DNA of 64,000 nucleotides from an uncultured Clostridia bacterium (GTDB lineage Bacteria; Bacillota; Clostridia; TANB77; CAG-465): NCBI GenBank assembly GCA_944387375.1, contig CALXEQ010000003.1, positions 69,942 to 133,941 of the forward strand, read 5' to 3'. Shown piece by piece: positions 29,397 to 40,384 of this stretch (position 1 is its first letter; each line of letters starts with the position of its first letter). The notes under the pieces were generated by a model. It saw only the letters and a program-made list of their open reading frames with translations, ran no database searches and was not told where the DNA came from. The position numbers and the translations under genes were made by a program.

Positions 29397-32300
29397 TTAA
29401 ATAGCTTCATCCAAATTACAAAATCCAACTACCTGTCCTACACCACTAATACCATGATTTTTGGTCTTTGGAAGAATTAGCAAACCATGCCAGCTCTTTC
29501 CACTACCACAATGACTTATAATATATTCCGTATCAGTCACAGCTTCAACATACGCAACATGTCCAGCACTATTTCTTGGAGTTGCTGCAAAAGAAATAAT
29601 TGCATTAGCTCTAAGCTGATCCATTTGATCACCTGAATAATAATTTATATGTAAATATTCTGTTGCAGTTTTTTGGGCTGATTCCCATCCATTTCCTGTA
29701 GGACCTGACATTAACTCATGTCCATTTTGCTCTAAGTACATATTAGCCCTAATTCTACTCCACCATGGACATTGCGCATATGAAGAACCCGTAGCATATT
29801 TACCATAAGCCGCTGAATTGAAATTAGATGAACTACCTGCTGCAACATTTTTCCATGCTCTTAAATCTGGTGATGCACCTTGTAACTTACCAGCAAAAAT
29901 ATTAGCTTCAAACCAAGTTTGTAAATTAAGACAAGCTGCTTCATCAAATTGTCCATTTACTACCAAAACATCACCACTAGGAGCAATTCCACCAGAAGTA
30001 TAAAAAGTTTGTAAAGTATTATAATATCCTAATGAAAATAAAATATATTCAGATCTTCTTCTTCTTTCTAACCCTGGTAATCTATTACCGGCAGCATCAT
30101 GTACATTTAAAGCTAACCAATTGGTATATAGTCCTCTTGTCATATCGGCTTCAGCTTCAATCTGACTTACAGCAGTCTGATTTTCTTTATACTTCTCATA
30201 TACTTCTTCATATTTATCATCTGTTTCTTCATTCCAATAATTTGGATCTGTATAGTAAATTAATATTTTATCGATACTTATACCATTATACAATAAACTA
30301 GTCAAAGCATGAAGTTGATATTCTTTTAGCTCTAAACCATTAGTTGTAGCTTTTACTCTATCATAAACTTCTTTTATTTTAGCTTCTTCGATTGAATCTA
30401 CCAATTCTACAGGAACAAGAGTTCCTACATCTATTGCTTGACCAATTTGAGATTCTAAGCTTGCTTTATCATCAGGGTGAGCATCCAAATTAACACCATA
30501 GCCTACTGTCAACTTTCCACCACTATCATTATATGCAGTATAACACTCAACACCATCTGCATTTGCCGTTACCGGTTGTTCTCCAGCTCCCTCAAAAGAA
30601 CGAATATATTCTCTTAGTAAATCCATACCAGAGATATAATTCGATGCATTGGCCGATTGCATACTTATATTAGTAACTTCATAACCAAGACTAGAGCCAT
30701 AAACAAAAGGTAAAATATTGTTACTAGAATCTTCTTTTTTTATTAATCTATTCAAAATATATTTAATTTGATTATATCCCTCTCTTATTTCATATCTACC
30801 TAAGCCTTCATATTCAGATTTAGCTGCAGCTAAAGAAGATACATATTTTGAATAAGTTCCTTTATTAGAATCTATAAAATCAATTATACTAAGTCCATAT
30901 AATACAGTAGTATCTGGCTCCTCATATTTTTTATATTCAGATGTAGAATTCTTAAAAGTTTGTTCATCTATAATTTTTCTATCAGTTTCAATATCCTTAT
31001 ATTCCTCATCAAATTCTTTAGTATTATAATTTACCATATCATCATATTTATATACATTATTATTACTTTGAGAAGGGCTTAAAGTATCTCTCCATTCTTT
31101 TTCATAAGTATAGGTATATCCTACATCTTGTGTATACGTAGAAGTCAAAGTAAAAGTATATCCTCCATCTGAATCTGGATCTATGCCAGCAAAAGCAGCA
31201 TTCAAAGCCATATTTGCAACTTGAGCTTTAATATTTTCTGGTAATGAATCTGTTATTTTATCACCATTAATTCTATTTATTTCAACTGAACTAATTAAAT
31301 TATTAGTATCTGGATTTGTCATAGTTAAAACATCTGATTCATTATATTTTTCATAGTTAAACACATTATTAATATTAGCATCATAAGTTTGAGCTTTTTG
31401 AACATACCAATATATATCTTCACTAATTATATCTTCACTAATTTTTCTCTCTTCAGTACGATGCGTAACAGCTTCCCCTACTTGTTGATAATTAGGAGCA
31501 GATACTAGATATATATTTCCACCATTATACTTAACGGTATATGTACCAGAATATGTCAATGTATCATAATCATCATATGATGTATTAAATTTTATACTTT
31601 CAACAACATATTTATTTACAATTAATTTAGTTAAAGATTCTTTTAATATTTCATATGTAAATTTAGCAGCTACTGAATTTTGATAATTATTAGAAGTCGA
31701 AAGATTATAAGTTCCAGATAACATTCCTAATGGTATATCATTTGTCAATAAATAAGGTGCTGTCGTATCTAAAATTGTAACCAAAGTATCTTCATCTGTT
31801 TTCTCGGGGACCAATAGTCCTAAATCTGTATTTTTTTCTTTATTAATTAAAGTACCATCAGCATCATGGGAATATTCTTTCCAAACTATTTGATTAAAGT
31901 TATACTTTTCTGTCCTTAAAATATGCTCATAAAGTTCTCTTTTATATTTATATGTATATATATCATTTTCAGATGAAGAATCACCAAAATTACTCTTTCC
32001 AATATCTATTAAATATTTATTAGTACTATTCTCACTATCCTTTAAACTTTGATATATAGCATTTATTTGATCATTATTAAAAGCAATTAAAGAATCATAA
32101 GTATTATATAACTTTAACGCTTCCTGTTCTATTTTAGAAGAACTTTCATTTATATTAAAAGATTCAATTGCATTAGCTCTAGTATTTACTGCACTTTCAG
32201 AAGAATCTTCTCCAATTACAATTATAATAGCTACAATAAATATTATAAATATAATAGCACAAATTAAAATTAATTTAAACTTTATTCCCATAATAGGTAC

Positions 32301-32480
32301 TAATTTTGAAAAAGAATGTCTTCGCTTTTTATTGCCAAATAATTTATTCATAAGAGAAGTTATAGGTGTTTTTAATGCACTTCTCCCGGTAGATGATAAC
32401 TCCCTATTATTTATATCATTTTCTTGTCCATTACTATTGTCATCTTGTTCATTAATATTATCTTTTTCATTTTCTTGCAT
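29397..32480 (-). CDS. T4SS-associated cell-wall hydrolase: membrane-anchored, lysozyme-like domain plus C-terminal CHAP domain (VirB1/TraG/PrgK-like)
   Basis: N-terminal TM around residues 60-95. CHAP signature Cys (SSYAQCPWWSRIRANMYL) and His (NSAGHVAYVE). An upstream lysozyme/transglycosylase-like segment (GGKLTVGYGVNLDAH...). Start ATG at 32480 with RBS GAGGAGGTG. Confidence 0.75.
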   Translation of the reverse strand: MQENEKDNINEQDDNSNGQENDINNRELSSTGRSALKTPITSLMNKLFGNKKRRHSFSKLVPIMGIKFKLILICAIIFIIFIVAIIIVIGEDSSESAVNTRANAIESFNINESSSKIEQEALKLYNTYDSLIAFNNDQINAIYQSLKDSENSTNKYLIDIGKSNFGDSSSENDIYTYKYKRELYEHILRTEKYNFNQIVWKEYSHDADGTLINKEKNTDLGLLVPEKTDEDTLVTILDTTAPYLLTNDIPLGMLSGTYNLSTSNNYQNSVAAKFTYEILKESLTKLIVNKYVVESIKFNTSYDDYDTLTYSGTYTVKYNGGNIYLVSAPNYQQVGEAVTHRTEERKISEDIISEDIYWYVQKAQTYDANINNVFNYEKYNESDVLTMTNPDTNNLISSVEINRINGDKITDSLPENIKAQVANMALNAAFAGIDPDSDGGYTFTLTSTYTQDVGYTYTYEKEWRDTLSPSQSNNNVYKYDDMVNYNTKEFDEEYKDIETDRKIIDEQTFKNSTSEYKKYEEPDTTVLYGLSIIDFIDSNKGTYSKYVSSLAAAKSEYEGLGRYEIREGYNQIKYILNRLIKKEDSSNNILPFVYGSSLGYEVTNISMQSANASNYISGMDLLREYIRSFEGAGEQPVTANADGVECYTAYNDSGGKLTVGYGVNLDAHPDDKASLESQIGQAIDVGTLVPVELVDSIEEAKIKEVYDRVKATTNGLELKEYQLHALTSLLYNGISIDKILIYYTDPNYWNEETDDKYEEVYEKYKENQTAVSQIEAEADMTRGLYTNWLALNVHDAAGNRLPGLERRRRSEYILFSLGYYNTLQTFYTSGGIAPSGDVLVVNGQFDEAACLNLQTWFEANIFAGKLQGASPDLRAWKNVAAGSSSNFNSAAYGKYATGSSYAQCPWWSRIRANMYLEQNGHELMSGPTGNGWESAQKTATEYLHINYYSGDQMDQLRANAIISFAATPRNSAGHVAYVEAVTDTEYIISHCGSGKSWHGLLILPKTKNHGISGVGQVVGFCNLDEAI

Positions 32481-32497
32481 TAAAAACAACACCTCCT

Positions 32498-33334
32498 CTA
32501 AAATAAAAGTTCAATTTTAGTATTAGCTCCATCTACTTTTACATTATTTAATAAAAATCCATTTATATTAAATTGATTATTAAAAGAAATATTAAATAAT
32601 ATTTCTATAGACTTAGTACTTCCAGGTGTCAAAGAGTAATTAACGGTTGAACTATTAGCAACAGATGCCATGTTAACATAATTGGAATTTGAATATACTA
32701 ATTGTATAGAATTTAAAGCAGAAAAGTCATATATATATTCATTATTAGAATTATTCTCAATAGTAAGTTTATATCTTATAGAATTCTCAGTAGATTCAAT
32801 AAGCTCAAATATATAATTAACATTATTTAAGGTTAAATTAATATCATTTTTCTCTAAAAGTGTATTTAATTCACTTTGTTCAAATGTTATTGAAAATTTA
32901 TATGGTTCTGTTTCTTTTATATTTACATACTTTTTTATTCCATGTGAATTATATAAAACTCTAAAAATACTATAATTTTCATTATTGCTATATTCTATAT
33001 TTTGTACATCTATATCCATAGATATTAAATCATTATCTCTAAGATATTGCTTCATTTCGTCTTTATTTTGTATACCTATATCAGACATATAATCTTTATT
33101 TATTTTTTCATATAAAATATCAAAATTTGTAATTTTTAAATATTCGTTTAAATAATTTGAATAATATTCCTTCATAGTATCTTCATAGGTTATAGTACTG
33201 TTATATGTATTTATATCACTATTGCTAATCTTATTAAACATAGGAAACCAAATCATTACAATAACTACAAGTATTAAAATTATTATAATAGCCATAGCAG
33301 AATATATCAATATTTTTTCCTTTTTATTATTCAC
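32498..33334 (-). CDS. membrane-anchored hypothetical protein (T4SS block)
   Basis: N-terminal TM then a soluble Asn/Tyr-rich domain. Tight gene spacing within the operon. Confidence 0.55.
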   Translation of the reverse strand: MNNKKEKILIYSAMAIIIILILVVIVMIWFPMFNKISNSDINTYNSTITYEDTMKEYYSNYLNEYLKITNFDILYEKINKDYMSDIGIQNKDEMKQYLRDNDLISMDIDVQNIEYSNNENYSIFRVLYNSHGIKKYVNIKETEPYKFSITFEQSELNTLLEKNDINLTLNNVNYIFELIESTENSIRYKLTIENNSNNEYIYDFSALNSIQLVYSNSNYVNMASVANSSTVNYSLTPGSTKSIEILFNISFNNQFNINGFLLNNVKVDGANTKIELLF

Positions 33335-33346
33335 AACAAAATCCTC

Positions 33347-33910
33347 CTACTCTAAATACCAAATATAATATTTTTTTGTACTTGAATCCAAAACGATTCC
33401 TAAATAGGCTTCCTGAGTTCCGTTATCATCATTAATGACATATTTTACTAAATAATAATTATCAACATATTGAGTTATACTATCGGGTACTATATCAACA
33501 TTTGTAGATATCATTATACCAACCTTTTCATTAAATTCTTTTGATTTATTAATAAAATCTCTTCTACTTATACTATTCTTATAACTAGAAGTTAAACAGT
33601 AATTATAAATATTTTTAATATAATTGTCTAAACTATCTTGTGAAGAAACACTTATAAAATTATCTGCAACTTCTTTAACCTGAACGTATATATTATTATC
33701 TGATATAATATTAGACATAGTGTATAACTCATCGCCAGTTACATTATTGTAATCAATATCTAAATCACCACTATTAGACATCCTAGTAATCACAAATGTA
33801 ATTACTAAAAGTATTAATAAACCTATGATAGAATACATAAATTTTTGCTTATATGATAAATTTGATATTCCATTGTATATTTTATTTTTAAAACTAGATA
33901 ATTTTTTCAT
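33347..33910 (-). CDS. membrane-anchored hypothetical protein, possibly VirB8-like (T4SS block)
   Basis: Bitopic 187-aa protein, size and topology of VirB8/TcpC-like NTF2 proteins. No motif confirmation. Confidence 0.5.
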   Translation of the reverse strand: MKKLSSFKNKIYNGISNLSYKQKFMYSIIGLLILLVITFVITRMSNSGDLDIDYNNVTGDELYTMSNIISDNNIYVQVKEVADNFISVSSQDSLDNYIKNIYNYCLTSSYKNSISRRDFINKSKEFNEKVGIMISTNVDIVPDSITQYVDNYYLVKYVINDDNGTQEAYLGIVLDSSTKKYYIWYLE

Positions 33911-33953
33911 ATTAAATTAAGCATATATATGCTTCTCCTCCTATATATAATTA

Positions 33954-35012
33954 TTATACATCATCTATAGTTCCTTTATTTCTATTACTACTTTTTTGCT
34001 GTTTAGTATATAAATCTAATTTTTCATTTAATTTATCAAATTCTTTTTTATTCTCTTCACTTAATTCTTTTTCTAATTTTTTATATGCTACTCTTGCTGG
34101 ACTGTTAGGAGCATGAGCTCTTATTTCAGCTTTTATTCCAATTTTTGTATTCTTTACTGCAGAAGGTGAATTATTAATAGCGGCTGCAACTTTTTCGCCT
34201 ATAATATCACCTGCACCTGCTGCTGCTGCTGTTGTAGCAGCAATATCGTCACCTCTAGACAACCCATATACAGCTCCAGCAATAGCTCCATGTGCAGCTC
34301 CAACTGTCTCAAAGGTTCCTGATACTATATTCTTTAATCCTTCATTTCTTTCCTTTTTAGCATTAGCTATAGCATCATCTAAAGCTTTTGTTCTATCTTT
34401 ATCATCTTTAGATTTCTTATTCATATTTTGTTCATTAACAGCCTTAGTTAATGCATTAATTTCATTAGCTAAATTAGTTATTGCACCCGTTCCTTTATAT
34501 ACACTTGGAGCAGGTATTCCGGTACCTTCTCTAGAAATAGAATTTCCACCACTAGCACCATTTAAAAGCGCTTGATCACCAGATACTCTGTTTGCTATTT
34601 CATTATCTCCTTTATCATTTAATGCTTTTCTAAGTCTTAATTGCCCACCAATAGCCTTTCCAGTACCAGTTATGATTTTTCCACCGTTGTTTAAAACTCT
34701 TCCTACTCCCTTTAAAGCCAACCAAGTACCAGCCAATGATGTTTTCCCACCAGCTAATGATGGATCACCATGTTCAGAAGTAAGTCCAAAAATATTTTTT
34801 ATTAATAATTCTATTTTAGAAAGAGAAGCTAATGCAAACACTGCTAATAAACCTGCTGCATCTATCCCCCCATCTAATGAAGCAGCATTTGTAGATGCCA
34901 ATATTCTAACAATTACAGACATTATAATTGCAATCAAAAAAGCCTGAAATGTTTGTACAAATATAAGTGAACAAAGTTCTTTAAACCATGAACTAAATAC
35001 ATCATTCTTCAT
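33954..35012 (-). CDS. Gly/Ala-rich membrane protein (T4SS block)
   Basis: N-terminal TM helices, then a Gly/Ala-rich low-complexity and coiled-coil region that stands out in an AT-rich genome. RBS AAGGAGGAA. Confidence 0.55.
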   Translation of the reverse strand: MKNDVFSSWFKELCSLIFVQTFQAFLIAIIMSVIVRILASTNAASLDGGIDAAGLLAVFALASLSKIELLIKNIFGLTSEHGDPSLAGGKTSLAGTWLALKGVGRVLNNGGKIITGTGKAIGGQLRLRKALNDKGDNEIANRVSGDQALLNGASGGNSISREGTGIPAPSVYKGTGAITNLANEINALTKAVNEQNMNKKSKDDKDRTKALDDAIANAKKERNEGLKNIVSGTFETVGAAHGAIAGAVYGLSRGDDIAATTAAAAGAGDIIGEKVAAAINNSPSAVKNTKIGIKAEIRAHAPNSPARVAYKKLEKELSEENKKEFDKLNEKLDLYTKQQKSSNRNKGTIDDV

Positions 35013-35023
35013 AAATTTCCTCC

Positions 35024-36505
35024 TTATAAAGTAGCTGATTTTGTAAAGAAATCATATATTATAACAAATGGAGCAATAACAGAAAGTATAACTACATAGA
35101 AAAATCTTTTTATATATGCAATAAAAAACATTAAAGATTGAAATACAAACATTGTATATAAAGTAGCTCCTATTATACTAGCACTACTTGGAGACCATCC
35201 TCCTCCGTCAATATCTGTATACCAAGCGGCAGTTTTAAAATAATCACCTAGTTTTCCAATTATAGGAAATGATTCTTCATCATTTTCCAAAGTTCCATAT
35301 TTTTGATTTCTGTATGCAAATTCAAGTACTACCTCTTGAATTTGAAAGTCTATATATTCATTACTATCTTTATCATTTTTATATTGTTCCTTACCAGCAT
35401 CAATTTGTGCTCTCCAAGAATTATATTGCTCGTCACCAATACCTGTTTTAATGATATTTACGCAAGTTCGCATATACTCCATTTCTGTTTCTGTAGCAGA
35501 AAAATTAAAGAAAAATCCTGCAGAAGCTGTTCCAACAGAATCTACAAATGCATTCCAACCTCCTCTTTCGTTATTTCCCTCTACAAAAGTTATAACATTT
35601 TCCTTTATAATTGGATTTGTAATTAATGCATACGTTATCTCATAATTATCATATAAAAATTGTATATCATCTTGGGCCTGCTGAATATCCCCTTGCTCTC
35701 CAGTAACAAGATTAACAATTCCATTTGCTGCATTCCAAACCCAATTAAGAGGATTAAGAAAAGACCATACTTCCTGATAAGCAGCTGATTTAACAGCCTT
35801 ATTACAAAAATTTAATACTACCCTTTGTTTATTCCCTTCTAATGTTTCATCTATAACTTCCTGAATAGCTTTACCATTTTCTCTCATTACATCAGCTAAT
35901 ATATCACTAGCCATTATTACTAACTGCTCATTCATATAAAAAAGAAAAGATAATACAAAATGCATACTAAAAAGTAAAACTATAGCAGTTAGCCATTTAA
36001 CAATTGCTTCTTTATATTTCGCTTTTTCTGATGCGATAGTTGAAATAACCAATTTTATTGCCATAACAGCTACTACTATACCTAAAAAACCTAAAGCAAT
36101 AGATAAACCTGTAAAATAAATATTTCTAATTACTTCTCCTATACCATTTGTAACATCAAGTAAAGATTTTTCATTCGGATTAATAAAATTAACATCTAAA
36201 ATTGGAATAGTATTAAATATTACTTGATCTGCCCATGGAAAAACTTTATCTCCTGTTAATATTGCCATAATATTTGAGGTTAATCTTTCAATTATAACTC
36301 CAATAGTATATATAAAGCTACCTATATAATTTGTTATAGGTGATGATTCAATAACTTCATCTTCATCTAAATCTATAGATTCAGTACCTTGACTATATCC
36401 TTTGTTTATTTCAGCATAAATTGTATTATTAAAAAAATTTAAACAAACACATAATAATATAAAAATTATACATACCCTGGATATTTTTTTTATATCAATT
36501 TTCAT
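35024..36505 (-). CDS. VirB6/TrbL-like polytopic membrane protein
   Basis: Signal peptide, long extracytoplasmic loop, then several TM helices. Overlaps the VirB4-like gene by 12 nt. Start ATG at 36505 with RBS GGGGGA. Confidence 0.55.
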   Translation of the reverse strand: MKIDIKKISRVCIIFILLCVCLNFFNNTIYAEINKGYSQGTESIDLDEDEVIESSPITNYIGSFIYTIGVIIERLTSNIMAILTGDKVFPWADQVIFNTIPILDVNFINPNEKSLLDVTNGIGEVIRNIYFTGLSIALGFLGIVVAVMAIKLVISTIASEKAKYKEAIVKWLTAIVLLFSMHFVLSFLFYMNEQLVIMASDILADVMRENGKAIQEVIDETLEGNKQRVVLNFCNKAVKSAAYQEVWSFLNPLNWVWNAANGIVNLVTGEQGDIQQAQDDIQFLYDNYEITYALITNPIIKENVITFVEGNNERGGWNAFVDSVGTASAGFFFNFSATETEMEYMRTCVNIIKTGIGDEQYNSWRAQIDAGKEQYKNDKDSNEYIDFQIQEVVLEFAYRNQKYGTLENDEESFPIIGKLGDYFKTAAWYTDIDGGGWSPSSASIIGATLYTMFVFQSLMFFIAYIKRFFYVVILSVIAPFVIIYDFFTKSATL

Positions 36506-36515
36506 ATTTATCCCC

Positions 36516-38510
36516 CTACCTATCACCATTCATTAATCTTTTCTTTCTCATTTCAGCAATCTTCTGTAAATTTGTTTCAACAAATTCAAATTCCCTTTGA
36601 GTAGGCTGAATAGCTATTACAGCAGAAGTATATCCTATTTTTATTAATCCTTCTCCCCTTGTGCAAGTTATTAAAAAATTAGCCTCTCCTTCACTTAATT
36701 TGAATACTTCTTTTAAATACTCTATTTCAGATTTATCTTGAGCCAAAAATAACTTTGTCTCAGCAGAAGTAAGAACAGCCTGGCAAGCTTTATTTTCATA
36801 AAAATCTTGAAACTTCTGAGAAACAACAGTCAATGAAACATTTCTTTTTCTAGCACGTCTAGCCATTGTATTTAAAAAATCCACAGCTTCCGGATATGCT
36901 AATAGCATCCATGCCTCATCAACTAAAACTCTTTTAGAACGAGCTTTTAATTTATCTTCACTATTCTTTTTTACATATTTTTCCCAAATCCATGAAAGCA
37001 AAATTTGTTGTGCTAATGGTCTTGCAAATCTTTCTTCTAACTTAGATATATTTATATTTATAAAAGGGCAACTATCTAAAAGTTCAAAAGTAGATTGTCC
37101 GTCAAAGTATGCCATTTGACCATTAAATTTTTTACAATATTGCTTCATAACCTTTACTAAATAATCAAAATGATATTGATATGTTTCTATTTTATTTTCT
37201 TGATTTTTTTGAACTAGTCTATCATACCAAGAACTAATAGTAGGCATTTGTTTTTTTACTCTTCCCAATCCACCCTCATTTGAATTTTCATATAAAGATT
37301 CAGGATCACTATTTATTCCTATAGCTTTATATTCTTCTGCCACAATTTCAGCAATTATCTGTTTTGTTAATTCATTTACTTCTTCAGATTTAGTTGCACC
37401 TCTCGCCATAGTAAGTAAAGCTTGTGTAACATCTTCAACCTTATTTTCAACATTTAATTCTATTCTTTCTTTTCCCGTGATCTCATCTTTAACAATCTCT
37501 GTCTCTATATCAAATATATTAATTATTGTATTAGAAGTAGGGTTAATATCTACATTTATTCCTCTTAATGCTTCTGCAACAACAACATATTCACCTTCAG
37601 CATCTAATACTAAATTTTCAACTCCCATTAAAACAGCTGATCTAGCCATAATAGTTTTTATAGTAACGGATTTTCCTGAACCAGATTTTCCAAATATAAT
37701 CATATTATAATTAGTCAAAGAGCTACTAAAATTATCAAAAATTACAGGAAGACCTGTTTGTCTATTAATACCAATAGGAATGCCTGTATCCATACCAGCA
37801 TCAGCATTAATAAAAGGAAAAACAGTAGCCATAGATCCTCTGTCAAAAGTATGCTTTCTCGTTATTTTATTATTATTTAAAGGTAAGTTAGATTGAAAGC
37901 CTTCTTCTTGTAAAGCCCATGCTGTTTTCAAACCTAATTGATTTTTTGAAGCTTCCATAGCTAATATCTCTGATAGCTTATCCAATTCCGCCTTACTATA
38001 TGCAAACAAAGTACATATTATAGTAGCTTCAAACAATTTATTATATCCAGCAGCTATTTGATCCCTAAGACTTTCAGCTTCTGCCTGCTTTGTACCTAAA
38101 ACAGAAAGTCTATTAATGTCTCCTCTATTATTAGCAACAACACGCTCAGATTCTAGTTCTACAATTGTTTTATTTAAATCATTTATAGAATTATTTTCAG
38201 GTATAGGAGTAATATATACAGAAGTATTTACATCTCCAAATTCATATATTCCCGACAAAAAATATGGAAAAGTTGCTTGTCTAGGAACTGTAGTCAAATA
38301 AAAAGTTCTAGCAAATCTTGATACTTTTGAAAAAATTTCTAAATAATCAAAATGAGTAGCATCAATTCCAGATGGTGCTAACAAATCATGAAGATTAGCT
38401 TTATTTTTTTCTAAAATATCTTCATTCTCATCGACTTTTATAATTTGTTCTTCTTTATTTTTTTGTTCCTGTAACTTTCTCATTTCTTTTCTAGAAAGTT
38501 TTTTACTCAT
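36516..38510 (-). CDS. VirB4/TraE/PrgJ-like conjugal transfer ATPase
   Basis: Walker A IIFGKSGSGKS, Walker B RVLVDEAWMLL, 664 aa. This is the AAA_10/TraC-type architecture typical of Gram-positive VirB4 homologs. Confidence 0.85.
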   Translation of the reverse strand: MSKKLSRKEMRKLQEQKNKEEQIIKVDENEDILEKNKANLHDLLAPSGIDATHFDYLEIFSKVSRFARTFYLTTVPRQATFPYFLSGIYEFGDVNTSVYITPIPENNSINDLNKTIVELESERVVANNRGDINRLSVLGTKQAEAESLRDQIAAGYNKLFEATIICTLFAYSKAELDKLSEILAMEASKNQLGLKTAWALQEEGFQSNLPLNNNKITRKHTFDRGSMATVFPFINADAGMDTGIPIGINRQTGLPVIFDNFSSSLTNYNMIIFGKSGSGKSVTIKTIMARSAVLMGVENLVLDAEGEYVVVAEALRGINVDINPTSNTIINIFDIETEIVKDEITGKERIELNVENKVEDVTQALLTMARGATKSEEVNELTKQIIAEIVAEEYKAIGINSDPESLYENSNEGGLGRVKKQMPTISSWYDRLVQKNQENKIETYQYHFDYLVKVMKQYCKKFNGQMAYFDGQSTFELLDSCPFININISKLEERFARPLAQQILLSWIWEKYVKKNSEDKLKARSKRVLVDEAWMLLAYPEAVDFLNTMARRARKRNVSLTVVSQKFQDFYENKACQAVLTSAETKLFLAQDKSEIEYLKEVFKLSEGEANFLITCTRGEGLIKIGYTSAVIAIQPTQREFEFVETNLQKIAEMRKKRLMNGDR

Positions 38511-38540
38511 TTTTTATCCTCCTTTACTTTAATTATATGA

Positions 38541-39977
38541 TCATATAACGGGTTGATCCTCATAAGAATCTTTACTATCATCTGCATTTGTATCTGTATT
38601 TAAATTTTTATTTTCATCAGAAACTTCATCATATATATTCGTTAAAGCTTGATTATCATTATTCATTTTCTCATATTCTTTTGATTTTTCAATTAATTTT
38701 ACTCCATCTGGCTTTTCAACCTTTTTTAATTTTTCTAATTCCTCAATATTATTTTTATTTTGCTCAATAATATTCTGTTTTTGCAATTTATCCTCTTCTA
38801 ATAAAGTTTTTTTTGTATTCCTAAAATCATCTAATATTTTCTTATTTACATTATTCTTAAAATCTTGATCATAATCCTCTGCTTTTATCATATTAGTTGC
38901 CCTTTTACTTATTTCTTCTTCTCTATCAATAGCTTCAGAAGCCGGTGTAGACATATTATTATTTTCAATAACCGATTTTATAGCTTCTAAAGCTTTTATT
39001 TTAGCTTCATTCTTTAAATATTCATCTAAAGCAACTGTCTTTTTATATATAGCATCCTCAGAAGTAGAATATAACCTAAATATTCCTGAGTCCAAAGCTT
39101 CACGAACATTAATTAACCCCTTGTCGTCTCTGTTATATGCAGAATATAATAAATCAGCTAATTCATTAGAATCTAATATTTTACCTGAAACTGAACAAGA
39201 AGAAAGTGCACTTATTATTGCTTGACATCTAGTATTTAATTCTGTAAAGCACATTTCTATAATTTCATCTTTATTAAACTTATCCACAGCCGCAATCTCA
39301 CCAGTACTATAAGATACCAAAACGTAAAAATTTCTCTGAAGTAAATTTTTATTTCCACTCATTTTTTCAACATAATTTATCATATCTTGTGCATATTCAT
39401 AAACATTAGTTATGCTATCTCTTTCTTTAGACAAAGATTCTAATTTTCTTTCATCAACATCAAAAGCACTAGCTAACTTTGAGTACTGTCTATTAATATC
39501 TTCATAAGTCCTAGAAACCCCCTCTATATTTTTTTTGTATCTTTCTATAACACCTTTAAGATCAATATTTTGGGCTTGAACATATAGTTGTATCGGATAT
39601 TTTAAAGTATTTAAGAAAGTAATAAATCCTTCCTCTACAGATAATTGCTCAACTTCTGACATCAAGTCATAGTTTATTCCCTTACACTTAACAGCCATAG
39701 TAAATCTAGAACCACCATTTTGAACAATCATATTATTTAATATTTTATCAAACTCCATAAATTTGAAAATATCTTCTCTTTTCATCAAATTTTTATTTTC
39801 ACTCAATTGTTTTGAATTATTAGTAGTATTATTACTACTTTTATTATCTTCCCTTATTTTACCCTTATTATCTATAGTTTTTAAAGTTGTTTCTTGTCTT
39901 TTTCCTAAAACTAAAAACAAAATTAAAAATACAAACATAATAATCAAAAAAATAATCGGCAAAACTATTGTTATCAT
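38541..39977 (-). CDS. membrane-anchored T4SS-associated protein (478 aa)
   Basis: N-terminal TM, Asn/Ser-rich linker, large coiled-coil-rich domain. Its start codon directly follows the stop of the VirB3-like gene (TAAATG). Confidence 0.55.
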   Translation of the reverse strand: MITIVLPIIFLIIMFVFLILFLVLGKRQETTLKTIDNKGKIREDNKSSNNTTNNSKQLSENKNLMKREDIFKFMEFDKILNNMIVQNGGSRFTMAVKCKGINYDLMSEVEQLSVEEGFITFLNTLKYPIQLYVQAQNIDLKGVIERYKKNIEGVSRTYEDINRQYSKLASAFDVDERKLESLSKERDSITNVYEYAQDMINYVEKMSGNKNLLQRNFYVLVSYSTGEIAAVDKFNKDEIIEMCFTELNTRCQAIISALSSCSVSGKILDSNELADLLYSAYNRDDKGLINVREALDSGIFRLYSTSEDAIYKKTVALDEYLKNEAKIKALEAIKSVIENNNMSTPASEAIDREEEISKRATNMIKAEDYDQDFKNNVNKKILDDFRNTKKTLLEEDKLQKQNIIEQNKNNIEELEKLKKVEKPDGVKLIEKSKEYEKMNNDNQALTNIYDEVSDENKNLNTDTNADDSKDSYEDQPVI

Positions 39978-40367
39978 TTATACAATCCCCTTCCTATTTT
40001 TTTCATTTTTATTTTTTTCTTCTATTTTTCTATCAATTCCATAAACATATATCTTTTTTTTATATCTAAACATAATTAATCTTACTAAAATATCAAAAAC
40101 GTTTTCTCCACCAGCTTTTCTTAAAGGTCCCATTACTGGACTATCCGGAATATTTGTAGCACCTATAAGGAAACCAATTCCAGCAAAAGGAGCTATTATT
40201 AATATCATGGTAACAAGTGATACTTCCATAAAGGAACTTAATATAAAATAAATAACAGCACCAATTGCTGCAAAAGCTAATGTTATTGCTAAAGATTTAA
40301 TAGTAAAAATATATAGTATTCTAGACTCTCCTTTTGCACTACGTGGGACTGTATAAGATCTACCCAT
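39978..40367 (-). CDS. VirB3-like small membrane protein (PrgI/TraC-like)
   Basis: 129 aa, two TM helices, basic C-terminus. Sits upstream of the VirB4-like gene. RBS AGGAGGGAG. Confidence 0.45.
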   Translation of the reverse strand: MGRSYTVPRSAKGESRILYIFTIKSLAITLAFAAIGAVIYFILSSFMEVSLVTMILIIAPFAGIGFLIGATNIPDSPVMGPLRKAGGENVFDILVRLIMFRYKKKIYVYGIDRKIEEKNKNEKNRKGIV

Positions 40368-40384
40368 ATATCTCCCTCCTATTA

